Positions 17,661 to 30,378 are shown, counted from the stretch's first letter. The stretch: DNA of 64,000 bases from an uncultured Alphaproteobacteria bacterium (GCA_964497925.1 CAZCFE010000006.1:12986-76985); one strand, 5' to 3'. Made by a program: numbers and translations. Notes: generated by a model not told the origin, from the sequence alone.

Positions 17661-20132
17661 TTAACTCCTTGCTTTTTCAATGATTTGTTTTTGTTCTTGC
17701 AAATGTATGTCCACATACCCTGTTGCGGTAGAAGCGGATGGGGGTCTTCCAATATATTCAATATTAATGAAATCCTCATAAAAATCTTTCAATAGGTTTT
17801 CAATTTGCCTAGATAAGAATACCCAAGCCCCCATATTTTGGGGTTCTTCTTGAACAAAGGATATTTTTAAAGGCTTTTCTTTTGATAAAGTTTTTATGAT
17901 TTCTGTTTGTGGGAAAGGGTATAATTGTTCTAATCTTATGATTTGAGCTTCTACTTCGTTTTCAATCAGATCGTAGTATATTTTGCCCGTGCAGAAAATT
18001 AATTTCTTTGAATTTTGATTTGTGGATATAACTTTTTGGAATGAGGTTTCTGGACCGAAATCATCTAAAGTGGATACTGCCAGTTTATGCCGTAGAAGTG
18101 ATTTTGGAGTGATCACAACAAGGGGCTTTTGATATGCTCTTGATAGTTGACGTCGTAAAACATGAAAATAGTTTGCAGGGGTGGTTGGGTAAACAACTTG
18201 CATATTATATTGAGCGGAAAGCTGTAAGTAACGTTCAAATCTTGATGAAGAATGCTCAGGTCCTTGGCCTTCATACCCATGTGGTAACAGTAAGACAAGT
18301 CCTGATGTTTGCGCCCATTTTGATTCACTTGCTGATATATATTGGTCAATGATTGTTTGCGCACCATTGGCAAAATCACCAAACTGGGCTTCCCATAAAA
18401 CAAGAGTGTCTTTTGAGCAGGAAGAAAAGCCAAACTCAAATCCCATGACTGCAAATTCAGATAAAGAACTATTAAGCGCATCAAATTTACCAAGAGATGC
18501 AAGAGGAGTGTATGTTTTTCCGGTTTCTTGACATGTTAAAATGCTGTGTCTGTGTGAAAAAGTTCCTCTTTGACTGTCTTGGCCGCTTAAGCGTATTTTC
18601 TTTCCTTCCAACAATAAAGATCCAAAAGAAAAAGCTTCTCCTGTTGCCCAATCAATTTTAGAAATATCTTGCTTTTGTTCTAATTGTCTTGATATTTTTG
18701 AATTAATTTTATATTGAGAGGGTATTTGCGTGATCGTTTGTAACACCACCATCAAAGAGTTCAAAGAAACTCCGGTTAGGGTGTCCTGCTCTTCAAGAAT
18801 AAGAGAGTTTTCATTGATTTGTCCTTTTTGAGCAACGTCGTATTCGTTTTTCAGTTCTTGTAAAATATCTTTTGTTTCAAGTCCATAAATGCTTGCAATC
18901 GATTTTTGTTTCACAATCTCTTTGTACATTAATGGTTGCGTGAACATGGGCTCATCTGTTTCATTGTGTCCATATTTACGATAACATACAAGATCAATAG
19001 CAATATCTTTTTGGAAGAGATGCTGGTATTGTGAGGCCATTTCAAAAGCAATTAAAACAGCATCAATATTGCTTCCATTAACATGAATAACGGGGGCGTT
19101 AATAATCTTCATAACGTCTGAGCAATATGTAGATGATTTTGTTTCATTAGGTGTTGCTGTGAAGCCAACTTGATTATTGATGATAATATGTATGGTTCCA
19201 TTTGTGGAGTATCCATCAAGCTTGGACAAATTTAAAGTTTCAGTTACAACTCCTTGCCCCATGAAAGAAGCATCTCCATGCACAAGGATTCCAGAAAAAT
19301 TCTCTTTTGCTTTGACCTGTCCCAGAACAACAGGGTTTACAGATTCAAGATGGGATGGATTTGGTGCAAGAGTAACCTCAAAAGACCCTCCAAGATATTC
19401 CGGAGTTGAGGTTGCTCCCATATGATACTTCACATCTCCTGACCCAGATTCATACCCGCCTTTTGGGTGGTGAATGAATTTTTTAAAGATAACGGAATAG
19501 GGCAGGTCCAGTATGTTTGCAACCGTATTGAGTCTTCCTCGGTGCGCCATACCGATAATAGCGCCTTTTTTTCCTTGGAATTTGATTTTCTTTAATAAAT
19601 ATTTTAATCCTGAGACAAAACTTTCAGATCCTTCAATGCTGAATCTTTTTGCTCCTTGAAATTTTGTGTGCAAAAATTGCTCAAACAGTTCTGCCTTTAA
19701 AAGGTCCGAAATGGCATCTAATTTTAAATCAGGAGGTATTGAGATTTTATTATTTTCTATTTTTTCAATAAACCAATTTCTTTCAAGCTCAGCCTCCAGA
19801 TGCATAAATTCATAACCTAAATTTCCGCAATAAAGGTTATTTAAATGTGAGTCAAAGATTGGAATAGGTCTTGGTTTTTTGATATTCAAAGGATCAAGAT
19901 TTGCGCTTAAATGTCCGTATGAGCGATATAAATCAGAGGCATTATTTTGTGGAGTTGTGTGTTCTTTGAATATGATTTTCCTTAAAGGATGTTCTTTTTC
20001 AAGAGATGTAAAAAATGAAGCCCAGCTTGAATCTATAGATTTTGGATCTTTAAGATAGGCGGCATAAATCTCTTCAATGTAATCGGAGTTGGCACCAAAA
20101 AGGTAAGAGTTGATCTCATCTTTATGAGGCAT
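17661..20132 (-). CDS. sucA: 2-oxoglutarate dehydrogenase E1 component
   Basis: 823 aa with a ThDP-dependent E1o N-terminus (YIEEIYAAYLKDPKSIDSSWASFF) and an HRGRLN motif. Shorter than the usual length of about 930 aa. Confidence 0.9.
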   Translation of the reverse strand: MPHKDEINSYLFGANSDYIEEIYAAYLKDPKSIDSSWASFFTSLEKEHPLRKIIFKEHTTPQNNASDLYRSYGHLSANLDPLNIKKPRPIPIFDSHLNNLYCGNLGYEFMHLEAELERNWFIEKIENNKISIPPDLKLDAISDLLKAELFEQFLHTKFQGAKRFSIEGSESFVSGLKYLLKKIKFQGKKGAIIGMAHRGRLNTVANILDLPYSVIFKKFIHHPKGGYESGSGDVKYHMGATSTPEYLGGSFEVTLAPNPSHLESVNPVVLGQVKAKENFSGILVHGDASFMGQGVVTETLNLSKLDGYSTNGTIHIIINNQVGFTATPNETKSSTYCSDVMKIINAPVIHVNGSNIDAVLIAFEMASQYQHLFQKDIAIDLVCYRKYGHNETDEPMFTQPLMYKEIVKQKSIASIYGLETKDILQELKNEYDVAQKGQINENSLILEEQDTLTGVSLNSLMVVLQTITQIPSQYKINSKISRQLEQKQDISKIDWATGEAFSFGSLLLEGKKIRLSGQDSQRGTFSHRHSILTCQETGKTYTPLASLGKFDALNSSLSEFAVMGFEFGFSSCSKDTLVLWEAQFGDFANGAQTIIDQYISASESKWAQTSGLVLLLPHGYEGQGPEHSSSRFERYLQLSAQYNMQVVYPTTPANYFHVLRRQLSRAYQKPLVVITPKSLLRHKLAVSTLDDFGPETSFQKVISTNQNSKKLIFCTGKIYYDLIENEVEAQIIRLEQLYPFPQTEIIKTLSKEKPLKISFVQEEPQNMGAWVFLSRQIENLLKDFYEDFINIEYIGRPPSASTATGYVDIHLQEQKQIIEKARS

Positions 20133-20135
20133 TTC

Positions 20136-21011
20136 TTATCCTTTCAGTATATTCTTCATTGTGATGCCAATATCTGCAGGTGAGTCAACAACGTGAATTC
20201 CAGCATCTTTCAAAATTGCTTTTTTCTCTTCCGCTGTTCCTGACTCGCCTGAAATAATTGCCCCAGCATGCCCCATTTTGCGTCCTTTTGGTGCAGTTGC
20301 TCCTGCAATGAAACTGACAATTGGTTTTGAAGATTGGTAAAACTTGATGAATTCAGCTGCCTCTTGTTCTGCTTCACCTCCAATTTCACCAATCATGACA
20401 ATTCCGTGTGTGTCTGGATCTTCCATAAATAGCTCCAAAATATCAACAAAGCTGGAGCCAATAATTGGATCTCCACCAATTCCAACGCAAGTTGATTGAC
20501 CAAGACCAAGACTTGTTAGTTGGGCAACGGCTTCATATGTTAAAGTTCCTGATTTTGAAATAACGCCTATAGGTCCTTTTTTATGAATAAAGCCCGGCAT
20601 GATGCCAATTTTACATTCGTCAGGAGTGATAATCCCTGGGCAGTTAGGGCCAATTAAGCGTGTCCAACTTCCATTTAGCGCGCTCTTAACGCGTATCATA
20701 TCAACAACCGGGATACCTTCAGTGATACACACAACAAGGTCAAGATCGGCTTCTATGGCTTCTAGGATGGCATCTGCGGCGTAGGGTGCGGGCACGTAGA
20801 TTACGCTTGCATTAGCACCTGTTTCTTCTACCGCATCACGAACTGTATCAAAAACAGGAAGATTTAAATGAGTGGTGCCCCCCTTTCCAGGAGTGACTCC
20901 ACCCACAAGTTTGGTTCCGTAGGCAAGGGCTTGTTCGCTGTGAAATGTGCCTTGCATTCCTGTAAAACCTTGGCAAATGACTTTGGTGGTTTGATCGATA
21001 AGTATTGCCAT
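20136..21011 (-). CDS. sucD: Succinyl-CoA synthetase alpha subunit
   Basis: 291 aa with a CoA-binding domain and a phosphohistidine loop (GHAGAII). Confidence 0.95.
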   Translation of the reverse strand: MAILIDQTTKVICQGFTGMQGTFHSEQALAYGTKLVGGVTPGKGGTTHLNLPVFDTVRDAVEETGANASVIYVPAPYAADAILEAIEADLDLVVCITEGIPVVDMIRVKSALNGSWTRLIGPNCPGIITPDECKIGIMPGFIHKKGPIGVISKSGTLTYEAVAQLTSLGLGQSTCVGIGGDPIIGSSFVDILELFMEDPDTHGIVMIGEIGGEAEQEAAEFIKFYQSSKPIVSFIAGATAPKGRKMGHAGAIISGESGTAEEKKAILKDAGIHVVDSPADIGITMKNILKG

Positions 21012-21014
21012 TTT

Positions 21015-22181
21015 TTAATTCTCCTTTGTTGCGTTTACAACTAAACGCGCAGCATCGTCTAGGTGTTCAGCAGAAATGATGGAAAGATCAGAGCTTGCTA
21101 AAATTTCCCGTCCAAGTTCCATGTTTGTGCCTTGAAGTCTTACAACCAACGGGACGTTCAGACCAACTTGTTTTGCCGCATTTACAATTCCCTGGGCAAT
21201 AATATCACAGCGCATAATGCCGCCAAATATATTTACCAAAATTGATTCAACGTTGGGGTCGGATAAAATGATTTTGAATGCCGATTCTACTTTTTCTTTT
21301 GTGGCTCCTCCGCCTACATCTAAAAAGTTTGCAGGCTCACCACCGTAGAGTTTGATAATATCCATTGTTGCCATTGCAAGCCCTGCTCCATTAACCAAAC
21401 AGCCGATATTTCCATCAAGCTTTACGTAACTTAATTCTGATTTAGCTGCCAATGTTTCTATTGGGTCTTCCTCATCTTCATCACGAAGTGCATTTAAATC
21501 CTTGTGTCTGAAAAGAGCATTATCATCCAAGACTATCTTAGCGTCCAACACAACGATTTCTTCTTGTTTTGTAAAAACCAAGGGGTTGATTTCGATCATG
21601 CTGGCGTCAATTTTTATAAAGCAATCGTAAACGCTTTTCAATGCTTGATATATTTTTGTCCAATGCTGCATATCAAGGCCAAATGCTTTTGTGAGTTGCC
21701 TTCCATGAAATTGCGATATGCCTATGCTAGCATCGATATAGAATTTGAGAATTTCTTCAGGGTGAGTGCTTGCGACTTCTTCAATGTCCATCCCTCCATG
21801 TTTGGAGGCAATAATTATAACTTGAGAAGTTGATCTATCAACAACGGCACTCAAGTAGAACTCTTGACCAATATCACACCCTTTTTCAACATAAACACGT
21901 TTAACAACACGGCCTTTTTCTCCTGTTTGAGGGGTTATAAGAGTCATTCCTAGCATGTTTTCTGAAATATCTTGAACTTCTCCTAATGAATTAGCCAACT
22001 TTACGCCACCACCTTTTCCTCTTCCTCCTGCATGGATTTGCGCCTTGATCACAAAAGGAGGGTTTTCAATTTTTTTGGCTGCATCAACAGCTTCTTGAGC
22101 TGTATAAACAACGTGACCTTCCAAAATTTTAAGCCCAACATCTTTTAACAGCTGCTTTGCTTGATATTCATGTAAATTCAT
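21015..22181 (-). CDS. sucC: Succinyl-CoA synthetase beta subunit
   Basis: 388 aa; [15 protein letters not shown]-grasp N-terminus. Confidence 0.95.
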   Translation of the reverse strand: MNLHEYQAKQLLKDVGLKILEGHVVYTAQEAVDAAKKIENPPFVIKAQIHAGGRGKGGGVKLANSLGEVQDISENMLGMTLITPQTGEKGRVVKRVYVEKGCDIGQEFYLSAVVDRSTSQVIIIASKHGGMDIEEVASTHPEEILKFYIDASIGISQFHGRQLTKAFGLDMQHWTKIYQALKSVYDCFIKIDASMIEINPLVFTKQEEIVVLDAKIVLDDNALFRHKDLNALRDEDEEDPIETLAAKSELSYVKLDGNIGCLVNGAGLAMATMDIIKLYGGEPANFLDVGGGATKEKVESAFKIILSDPNVESILVNIFGGIMRCDIIAQGIVNAAKQVGLNVPLVVRLQGTNMELGREILASSDLSIISAEHLDDAARLVVNATKEN

Positions 22182-22192
22182 TTTATGGTCCT

Positions 22193-23799
<1,607 letters not shown>

Positions 23800-23816
23800 G
23801 GTGATTCCTTATATAT

Positions 23817-25181
23817 TTAATCAAAAGAAGACAATGCTGACTTGAGTCGATTTGCGACTATTTCAGGAGATAAAAGGCAAATGAAATCTTTCATTTCTGG
23901 ACCTTTATCTTTTCCTGTTAGGGCCAAGCGTAATGCCATAAAAAGAGGTTTTCCTTTAATGTCTGTTTCGTGGGTGATTTCTTTGGCCCAATTTTGCCAG
24001 GACCCTTCAATGAACTGTGATGGAATGTTATTGAGAGCAGATGTTAAAACTTGTTTGTCCGTGTCTGCAAAAGGTGTAAAATTTACATCTGAGCCAGGAA
24101 ATGTAATGTCTTGCCAGTAAAGAAGGTCGTCTAAGTTATCGATATTACCACCACAGGTTGTCCAAATTTGCTTGGAGATGCTGATTTTTTTTTCTTCCAG
24201 GCGTGATTTAACTTCTTCAAAAGTCAATAAATGCAATGTTTTTCGGCTGATCATTTCAAGATCTTGGATATCGAATTTAGGAGAAGCTTTTCCAAATTTT
24301 TCAAAATCAAATTCCCCGATAAGCGCCTCTAAAGAGTGCTTTGGTTCAATTGGATCAGAAGTCCCCATTTTTGCAAGCATGGCACAAATGGCAAGAGGTT
24401 CTATTCCTTTTTCACGTAAAGACCTAATACTCATACTTCCTTCTCTTTTGGAGAAGCCCTGGCCGCTGCTGTCGGAAATGAGCTGAAGATGCCCAAACCT
24501 AATTTGGCTCATATCTTTGCCTAAAGCTTCCAAGATTTGTACTTGGACGGCCGTATTTGTGATGTGATCTTCGCCTCTGATGATGTGTGTAATATTTAAA
24601 TCAATATCATCTACAACCGATGCAAGAGTATATACGGGCATGCCATCTTCGCGCACCAAAACAGGATCACTGAATGTGACTTCATTAAATGTAATTGTTC
24701 CGCGAATTGCATCATCCCAAGAAACAGCTGCATCATTGAGTTTGAAACGCCAGTGTGGTTTTTTGCCTTCTGATTCAAGTTTTGTGATTTGCTCAGATGT
24801 TAAGCTTAGTGCTGCTCTATCGTAAATTGGAGGGTTTCCACGTGCTTTTTGCATTTTACGTATAAAATCAAGCTCTTCTTGTGTTTCATAGCAAGGATAA
24901 AGGCGGCCTTGTGCTTTTAATTTTTCCGCTGCTGCTTTGTAAAGATCAAGCCTTTGAGATTGTTGTGTGTACTGATCCCAGTCAAGACCAAGCCAAGTTA
25001 AATCTTCCTTGATGCCTTCGATATATTCAGGCTTTGACCTTTCAAGATCAGTATCGTCCATGCGTAACCAAAATGTGCCATTGTTTTTTTTAGAAAAAAT
25101 CCAATTAATTAGAGCTGTTCGCACATTTCCAATATGCAAAAATCCAGTTGGAGATGGGGCAAAACGAATAATGGGGTTCAT
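23817..25181 (-). CDS. gltX: Glutamate--tRNA ligase
   Basis: 454 aa with a class I HIGH region (PSPTGFLHIGNVRTAL) and a KMSKS-like element. Confidence 0.9.
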   Translation of the reverse strand: MNPIIRFAPSPTGFLHIGNVRTALINWIFSKKNNGTFWLRMDDTDLERSKPEYIEGIKEDLTWLGLDWDQYTQQSQRLDLYKAAAEKLKAQGRLYPCYETQEELDFIRKMQKARGNPPIYDRAALSLTSEQITKLESEGKKPHWRFKLNDAAVSWDDAIRGTITFNEVTFSDPVLVREDGMPVYTLASVVDDIDLNITHIIRGEDHITNTAVQVQILEALGKDMSQIRFGHLQLISDSSGQGFSKREGSMSIRSLREKGIEPLAICAMLAKMGTSDPIEPKHSLEALIGEFDFEKFGKASPKFDIQDLEMISRKTLHLLTFEEVKSRLEEKKISISKQIWTTCGGNIDNLDDLLYWQDITFPGSDVNFTPFADTDKQVLTSALNNIPSQFIEGSWQNWAKEITHETDIKGKPLFMALRLALTGKDKGPEMKDFICLLSPEIVANRLKSALSSFD

Positions 25182-25239
25182 GAATACAATCCTTTAATTA
25201 ATGACTTACGATAGATATTACGTTATGATTTTCTAAAAC

Positions 25240-25803
25240 TCAAGAAAAACTGAGATTTTTTGCTTTTCTATACTGTGATATTTTGTATTTATTGTAAAAT
25301 ATTGCAATAAAGATAAACAGAGGAAACAAGCCCGAAAGTATGGCTAAAATTAAATTTCCACCATTTGGGAAGGGGTATATGTTTCCCTTGGTCACCTGTT
25401 TTGATGCATGTTTTACTAGAAAGTAATCTGAAAACCCTCCAAATATAATGTACGCAGGCACAACTATCGCAAGAACTATTATGTGCATTATACGCTCTAT
25501 ATCTACAAGACTTTCTTCTGTTCCTGTAATTAATGCTATTGATATTAGGACTGTGAATATTAATGCTGATGTGAGTAATACATACAGCATTCCAAGAGCT
25601 GCGATAAGAGGCATCCTTCTGTATACGCACCAAGCATTAAATGCAAAGAAAGCTGCCCAATTCCAAACAAATTTTTTACCTTTTTGAAGTTTTTCAAATG
25701 CTTTCACATAGTGATTTCCATCAGGATTTTCTTGTATCTTTTGTGCTTTCTTAGATCCATAAATATAAGTTAAAAATTGTTCTTGCGTTAAATTGTATTT
25801 CAT
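25240..25803 (-). CDS. DUF2628-like membrane protein
   Basis: 187 aa with the motif WNWAAFFAFNAWCVYRRM followed by hydrophobic helices. Confidence 0.4.
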   Translation of the reverse strand: MKYNLTQEQFLTYIYGSKKAQKIQENPDGNHYVKAFEKLQKGKKFVWNWAAFFAFNAWCVYRRMPLIAALGMLYVLLTSALIFTVLISIALITGTEESLVDIERIMHIIVLAIVVPAYIIFGGFSDYFLVKHASKQVTKGNIYPFPNGGNLILAILSGLFPLFIFIAIFYNKYKISQYRKAKNLSFS

Positions 25804-25859
25804 TTTTTTAGTCCTGATTTCGTTTATTGTTTATATACTACCGTATTTATCAAGATCTG

Positions 25860-27914
25860 TCAACTTTTATTTTGACAAAAAATATGTAAAATAAAAGCAT
25901 ATTCTTCTGCGTACTCTTTATACATTTCAAATCTGGATGATTTTCCAAAATGCCCTGCTGCCATATTTGTTTTCATGAGAAGTGGATTTTGATCCAGTTT
26001 CATGGCTTTTATTTTTGCAAGGAATTTTGCTGGTTCCCAGTACCCAACCCTTGGATCTTTGATGCCCGTGGTCATGAAAATGGCGGGATAGTTTTGTGCT
26101 TTCACATTATCATAAGGTGAATAAGACTTGATGTAATCATAATATTGGGGGTTTTTGGGGTTGCCCCATTCCTCGAATTCTGTTGCAGTCAAGGGGAGCG
26201 TTTCATCAAGCATTGTGTTTAAAACGTCAACAAATGGAACTCCAAGAATGGCGGCTTTGAAGAGGTCTGGCGCTGTGTTGATTGTGTATCCAATGAGCAT
26301 CCCCCCAGCGCTTCTGCCATCAATTGCGATATTTCCTTTTGAAGTATAATTTGTAGTGCATAGGTGTCTTGCGCAAGAAATGAAATCCTCAAATGTGCGT
26401 TTTTTGGTTAAAAACTTTGCTGCTTCATACCAATAATAACCTAAATCAGCGCCGCCGCGAATGTGTGCAATTGCGTACACAAATCCTTTATCAATAAGAG
26501 GAAAAATATGTGGGCGAAATTGTGGCTCCATAGAGATCCCGTATGATCCGTAACCATAAAGGTACAAAGGATTTGAGCCGTCTTTTTTAAATGTTGATTT
26601 TTTATAAATCAAAGATATAGGAACTTGGGTTCCATCATCTGATGTTGCATAAATACGCTCTATTTCGTAATCATTGGAATCAAATCCGTTAAACGTAACT
26701 TTTTTAATAAGTTCCGTGGTGCTTGAATTTACATATTCCCAAATCTGAGTAGGTTCACGCAAAGAGCTATATGTGTAACGAAGTCTGTTTGATTCATAAT
26801 GCATGGTCAAAGGTGATGCTGCAAATGATTTAGCTGTTCCATGTTTTGAAAAATCTATCTCAAATTTTTGTAAAAGTGTTAAATGGTCGATAGCTATAAT
26901 TTCAGGAACGCCTAAATTTTTTTTTGAAACAACAAGAAAATTTTGATAAGCATCAATTCCATCTAAATAGACTTCTTTGCTGTGTGGAATAATTTGAGTA
27001 ATGTGACTCCAGGGTTCATGAATGCTGGTTCGAACCAATCTGAAATTTTTGCCCATGTCATTAATAAGCGCATAGAAATATTCACCATGATGGTCAATAT
27101 GCGTAATATGTCCATCATTTCTTGATTTTAAAATGCGTGCTTGTGGTGTTTCTTGTTTTAAGTCAACAGCCCAAATCTCATTTCTTTCTCCTGTGTGAGG
27201 GGCAATAAAAAGAAATCCATGGGATAAAGAGGTTTGCATGTCTACCCAATATGTTGAGTCGTTCTCCTCATAAATAGTAAGATCCTCAGATTCTCTAATT
27301 TTATGAAACATGACTTTTTGCGAACGCCAGTTATCCCCACAAGGAATATAGAAGAACCCTTTTGAATTTGCATGCCAGTTAATTCCTCCAAAAACATTTG
27401 TGACTTGTTTATCAACAATTTCTCCTGTTTTTAAAGACTTAATCATAACCGTGTAATCTTCACCTCCTTCAAGATTAATGCAATAAGCCAAGTATTCATT
27501 ATCAGGGGATGGAGTAACACCTGTAACAGTGCAAAACTCATGCCCTTTTGCCAAAATGTTGACGTCTAAAATAGTTTCAGTGTTGTTGTTATTTTTTCTG
27601 AAGTATTTCCAATAATCGTCGTGTTCGCCAATTTCTTGAAAATATGTGTATTCTTTATTTTGAATTGGAGGCTTGAAATCTTTCAAGGGAATACGTGCTT
27701 TAATTTGATGAAAAATATCATTAATGGATGGCTCAAGTGGATCAAAGAATGCTTTTGTTGTTGCATTTTCATTTTCAAGAAAATCAATAATTTTTTGATC
27801 TTTGACTTCTTTTGGCCAGTTTGGATCGCGAAGATATGAAAATTCATCTGTATGTGTCATTGTGTTTGCCCCAAGTGTTAAAATTAAACCTAAAATAATA
27901 AAAAAGCCTACCAT
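25860..27914 (-). CDS. ptrB: Oligopeptidase B (S9 prolyl oligopeptidase family) with an N-terminal signal/anchor
   Basis: Catalytic GRSAGG, and a C-terminus EFEEWGNPKNPQYYDYIKSYSPYDNV that closely matches protease II. Start taken at MVGFFIILGL (27914); the longer ORF start at 27962 overlaps ccmF. Confidence 0.85.
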   Translation of the reverse strand: MVGFFIILGLILTLGANTMTHTDEFSYLRDPNWPKEVKDQKIIDFLENENATTKAFFDPLEPSINDIFHQIKARIPLKDFKPPIQNKEYTYFQEIGEHDDYWKYFRKNNNNTETILDVNILAKGHEFCTVTGVTPSPDNEYLAYCINLEGGEDYTVMIKSLKTGEIVDKQVTNVFGGINWHANSKGFFYIPCGDNWRSQKVMFHKIRESEDLTIYEENDSTYWVDMQTSLSHGFLFIAPHTGERNEIWAVDLKQETPQARILKSRNDGHITHIDHHGEYFYALINDMGKNFRLVRTSIHEPWSHITQIIPHSKEVYLDGIDAYQNFLVVSKKNLGVPEIIAIDHLTLLQKFEIDFSKHGTAKSFAASPLTMHYESNRLRYTYSSLREPTQIWEYVNSSTTELIKKVTFNGFDSNDYEIERIYATSDDGTQVPISLIYKKSTFKKDGSNPLYLYGYGSYGISMEPQFRPHIFPLIDKGFVYAIAHIRGGADLGYYWYEAAKFLTKKRTFEDFISCARHLCTTNYTSKGNIAIDGRSAGGMLIGYTINTAPDLFKAAILGVPFVDVLNTMLDETLPLTATEFEEWGNPKNPQYYDYIKSYSPYDNVKAQNYPAIFMTTGIKDPRVGYWEPAKFLAKIKAMKLDQNPLLMKTNMAAGHFGKSSRFEMYKEYAEEYAFILHIFCQNKS

Positions 27915-27924
27915 AATTATTCCT

Positions 27925-29589
27925 TTATTGTCTCCTTTTTCGTAAAGAAAGAGTCCCTCCAAGCATCATTAAAATTCCACCTATCCAAATCCATGAAATC
28001 AAAGGGTGGTATTGTGCTTTGATTTTCCAGACGTTTTTATGTTGATATAGAATATAAACATAATATGTTCTAAATATTCCAAGAACGAAATCTGTTTTTG
28101 GGCGCACTGTGTCATAGTTTTTATAGTTGCGCAATTCTGGATATAAATTATGATCATTCCATTTTATATGTAATATAGTGGATGTGTAATTTTCTTTTTT
28201 AATTTCTGTTGTGTTGTTTAAGCTTAGCTCTTTTTTCATAAAAAGAACTTTCTGTGCGTTCTTGAGCTCGATTTCTTTTTCATGTTTTAAAAAATGATTG
28301 AAACTTATTCCGGTTAGAAAAATAAGAAATCCTGTATGGGCAAGCATGGAAGATAAATTCTTTTTATATGTCCAGATTGCAATTCCAAGCGCGCAGATAA
28401 TCAGTGTTAATAAAATAAACGGAATAAAATCAAACTGTTCATAAAATATCAAAGTTGCGATAAGGGCTATACTTAAAGAAAATGGGGCAATATAATAAAG
28501 TAAATTCCCCTTGGTTGATATGGCGAAAATTAAACATAAGGGGTAGAGGGCGAATAAGGGGGCAACAATGGTTTCATAGTAAGTGTTGCTGATTTCAAAA
28601 GTGCTAAACAAGGGGAAAAATGTTGCAATGCCAATTAATAATGTAAAGCCAATAGCAAGCCCTCCTGGAATGTTCATTTTATCAAGGTTTCCTTTTTTTG
28701 AGTTGAAGATAGAGACAAGAGGTATAAATATCAAGAATATGCCAACAATTAGAAACCAGAAATTATCAAAATTTTGGGTAAAGTTATGAATTGATCTGAT
28801 AAGTCCCATTCTGACTGTGAAAACTCCCAAGAAAGAAAATGCGAAACTTAAAAAAATCAATATCTTAAAATTTAAAGTTTTTTCCTGATGCGTTAAGTGC
28901 ATGGCGCCAAGCAATAACAACCAAGGAATTAGGGCGATATTTTCAACAGCATCCCAAAACCACCATCCTCCCCAGCCAACTTCATAAAAAGCCCAAAAGC
29001 TTCCAGAGATAAGACCTAAAGTTAAAAATCCCCATGCAGTAATTAACCATTCTTTTTTTATTTTTTCACGACATGCCAGGATAGATGCTAAACAAAATAT
29101 CATAATATACCCCATATATAGCAAAGGAGGGTGATACAAAAGAGCACTGTCTTCGAGTAGTGGGTTTATACCCCTTCCTTGAAAATCTCCAGAAGGCATT
29201 TCGAGAAAAGGAGATGCTTTGAAATAAAGAAGCGCTAAGAAATACAATTGAAAGATTCCAAAAACACTCAAAGATTTTTTTGGAATTTTCATTGAAGCAA
29301 GGCTCATGAAAAAACACCATACAAGCATTGATCCTTGATGATAGCTCCACGTCGCGCCAATTTTATAATACCAGGGATGGGATGGACAGGAGTAGAGTAG
29401 AACGCCAATAACATTTTGATTGTGCGATAAAAAACTGTAAATTAAAATTAAATATGCTAATGATATTAAAGCAAGGTGTATGATGCGAATACGTTCTATC
29501 CAAAACTGGTTTTTAAAGCCAGAGATAATTTGAATAGGAAGTAAAATTATCCCTAATAATAATAAAAAATTTCCAATATCGCAAACCAT
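27925..29589 (-). CDS. ccmF: Cytochrome c-type biogenesis protein CcmF (heme lyase subunit)
   Basis: 554 aa with the WWD domain GWGGWWFWDAVENIALIPWL and an N-terminal YKIGATWSYHQGSMLVW. Shorter than the E. coli CcmF (647 aa). Confidence 0.75.
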   Translation of the reverse strand: MVCDIGNFLLLLGIILLPIQIISGFKNQFWIERIRIIHLALISLAYLILIYSFLSHNQNVIGVLLYSCPSHPWYYKIGATWSYHQGSMLVWCFFMSLASMKIPKKSLSVFGIFQLYFLALLYFKASPFLEMPSGDFQGRGINPLLEDSALLYHPPLLYMGYIMIFCLASILACREKIKKEWLITAWGFLTLGLISGSFWAFYEVGWGGWWFWDAVENIALIPWLLLLGAMHLTHQEKTLNFKILIFLSFAFSFLGVFTVRMGLIRSIHNFTQNFDNFWFLIVGIFLIFIPLVSIFNSKKGNLDKMNIPGGLAIGFTLLIGIATFFPLFSTFEISNTYYETIVAPLFALYPLCLIFAISTKGNLLYYIAPFSLSIALIATLIFYEQFDFIPFILLTLIICALGIAIWTYKKNLSSMLAHTGFLIFLTGISFNHFLKHEKEIELKNAQKVLFMKKELSLNNTTEIKKENYTSTILHIKWNDHNLYPELRNYKNYDTVRPKTDFVLGIFRTYYVYILYQHKNVWKIKAQYHPLISWIWIGGILMMLGGTLSLRKRRQ

Positions 29590-29703
29590 TCAAAACTCCA
29601 TATATATAATAGTTTGTAGCACATTTTATTCAGTTTTTTGCAGAATTTATAAATATTTTACTTTTTTATGTGAATCTTTCTTTTAAAAAGTGGAGAGTGT
29701 GTT

Positions 29704-30378
29704 ATGAAATTTGTTTTATTTTTATTTTTACCATTATTTGTAAAAGGGGTTGAGCTTGTTCAAATGCCAGGGGGAAGTTTGAGGACGCCTGATGTTGAGA
29801 TCAGCCGCATTTATCCAGACTCAAATCCTTTAAATTTGGTGTATATTCACTCTTACAATCCATTGCATAACTGTGCAATTGGAATCAAAACAAGCGAAAT
29901 TGAGAGTCCCTTTGAAGTTAAAACTGATTCAGAATTTTTCTTAATTGTTAATCGCCCTATAACAAATTCAGAGCCTTTATTGCTGCGTCCGCATTATTGG
30001 GCATCCAAAGATTCGGGTGGAATTATTAACGTGAATGTTAAAGTTCGCGTTGTAAGCGCTCAAGGTAATGTTCTTTTAGATGGAAATCATAATGTTAATG
30101 CGCATGATTTAGTTTGTAGCCCGAGCAATATGGGGCTTTTTTTAGATATGGCGCCAGAAAGATCACATCTTCTTTATTCTGAGGTAGAGATGCCCCTTGG
30201 AAAAAAAGCTATTACTTGCCATTGGATTCCAAACGAGGATCAATGGGAGGATATATGGCAATCAGAATTCCTGTCCACCCCAAGCCCCAATACGGATATT
30301 TTGTCGGAAAGAGTATCATGTATGTTTTCTGGAGATCCGCATTGGGAAATTGTGAGGAAGATCTTAAGTCATCATTAG
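29704..30378 (+). CDS. Hypothetical secreted protein
   Basis: 224 aa with a signal peptide (MKFVLFLFLPLFVKGVE), several Cys residues and no recognisable family. Confidence 0.4.
   Translation: MKFVLFLFLPLFVKGVELVQMPGGSLRTPDVEISRIYPDSNPLNLVYIHSYNPLHNCAIGIKTSEIESPFEVKTDSEFFLIVNRPITNSEPLLLRPHYWASKDSGGIINVNVKVRVVSAQGNVLLDGNHNVNAHDLVCSPSNMGLFLDMAPERSHLLYSEVEMPLGKKAITCHWIPNEDQWEDIWQSEFLSTPSPNTDILSERVSCMFSGDPHWEIVRKILSHH

Noticed and set aside
18113-19425. Several ORFs of 60 to 130 aa within sucA
   Set aside because: All lie within or antisense to the intact 823 aa sucA reading frame.
25289-25633. 114 aa Cys/Arg-rich ORF overlapping the DUF2628 gene on the same strand
   Set aside because: The other frame gives a coherent membrane protein with the NWAAFF motif, whereas this frame is compositionally implausible.
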